Below, one piece after another: positions 62,896 to 64,000 of a stretch of DNA of 64,000 nt. Made by a program: the position numbers and the translations under genes. Below the pieces are notes generated by a model. The model made no database searches. It saw only the letters and a program-made list of their open reading frames with translations, and was not told where the DNA came from. Numbering within the stretch: position 1 is the first letter of the stretch; the number at the start of each line of letters is the position of its first letter. The DNA is from Mobula hypostoma (lineage: Eukaryota), in contig NC_086097.1 in the NCBI RefSeq assembly GCF_963921235.1, positions 18,354,001-18,418,000 of the forward strand. Reading direction: 5' to 3'.

Positions 62896-63545
62896 GTATA
62901 GGAGCAGAATTAGGCCATTCAGCCCATCAGCACTAATCTTCCTTTCCATCATGGCTGATTTACTATCCCTCTCAACCTTATCCTTCTGCGTTCTCCCTGT
63001 AACTTTTGATGCCCTGACTAATCAAGAACATATCAATTTCCACTTTAAATATATCCAATGACTTGGCCTGCACAGCTGTCTGTGGCAATGAATAGCACCC
63101 TCTGGCTAAAGAAGTTCCTCCTCATCTCCGTTCTAAATGGACATCTCTCTATTCTGAGACTGTGCACTCTGGATCCAGAGATGCTGCATGTGGGATTAAT
63201 TTAGATTGGCATCACGGTTCTTACAGGTATCATGGGTTGATGAGACCGTTCCTGTGCTGTACTGTTACATATTAATACTAGTAGAGAAGAATGCTGTCGC
63301 TTTGAGACCATCACCCGCTAAAGAGAGACTAACTGCTCTCAGGGCTGTATTGTATGTGAAGCGTCCAGAGACAGCCTGTGAAGATGCCTTAAATAAATAC
63401 CACGTTTGGTTTGAACTCCTCCTCTCTCCTCTGTATCAGTCTCACACTCTGTAACTGGATTGGAATCAGAATCAGAGTCAGGTTTAATATCACTGGCGTA
63501 TCTCGTGAATTTTGCTATTTTGTGGCAGCAGCACAATGAAATGTA

Positions 63546-64000
63546 TGAAATCCCGCTGGTCTCATTGGCTGCATAAGTCTAGGGGAGGCACTCTCCAGTT
63601 CTGCAGGAGATTGAGATGCTCTTCCACCCCAAAACCCCTTTTGTGTGGATGCTGTGTAATTTGCTACCCTGTTACAACTCAGTGCCAAGAAACAACTACA
63701 CACGATTAAAGGAATTATATTTATGACTCTTAACTAAAAGGTTAGTAAAGAAAACAAAAAACAAAAAAGACCCATTATTATTAAACAGTTAAATGTGCAC
63801 CAGTGGAGCACAATTCACTGATCCTCAGTCGATACCACTGTCTGGCTTCATCGAATCATGATCTCCCCACCGAGTCGTATCCTACGATTTGTTCGGTGGG
63901 AGAGGAAGAGAGAAGACACTGGAGAGGACCAAAGACCCAGCTCACATTCCAAAGCATCCGTTATCTCTAACCATAACCCAAGCACTGTTTCTACAGAAAG
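63546..64000 (-). mobile_element. Probable LTR running off the window end
   Basis: Shares tctagggg and tttgtgtggatgctgtgt motifs with the solo LTR at 18298, and interrupts a Rex-type 3' end. Confidence 0.5.

Overview
Eukaryotic, repeat-saturated DNA with no intact host protein-coding gene; it reads as intergenic or intronic. The repeat mix (CR1, Rex1/Babar, RTE, Penelope-like, HE1/V-SINE-like, Gypsy, Tc1, Tigger, R4/Dong) points to a cartilaginous fish, probably a ray; this is inference. Main structures: (1) a Tc1 relic carrying two Penelope insertions with hammerhead ribozymes; (2) a CR1 > RTE > chromodomain Gypsy nest; (3) a near full-length CR1; (4) solo LTRs and SINEs with clear target-site duplications (TSDs); (5) a 61/62-bp minisatellite that grew out of a decayed LINE RT segment. 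The most unusual object is a 441-bp retroposed element at 59260-59700. It appears RTE-derived and carries a 178-nt, precisely circularly permuted piece of host CYHR1/ZFTRAF1 coding sequence, bracketed by a 10-bp inverted repeat. Family assignments come from motifs recognised by eye, not database searches. Boundaries without a stated TSD are approximate.
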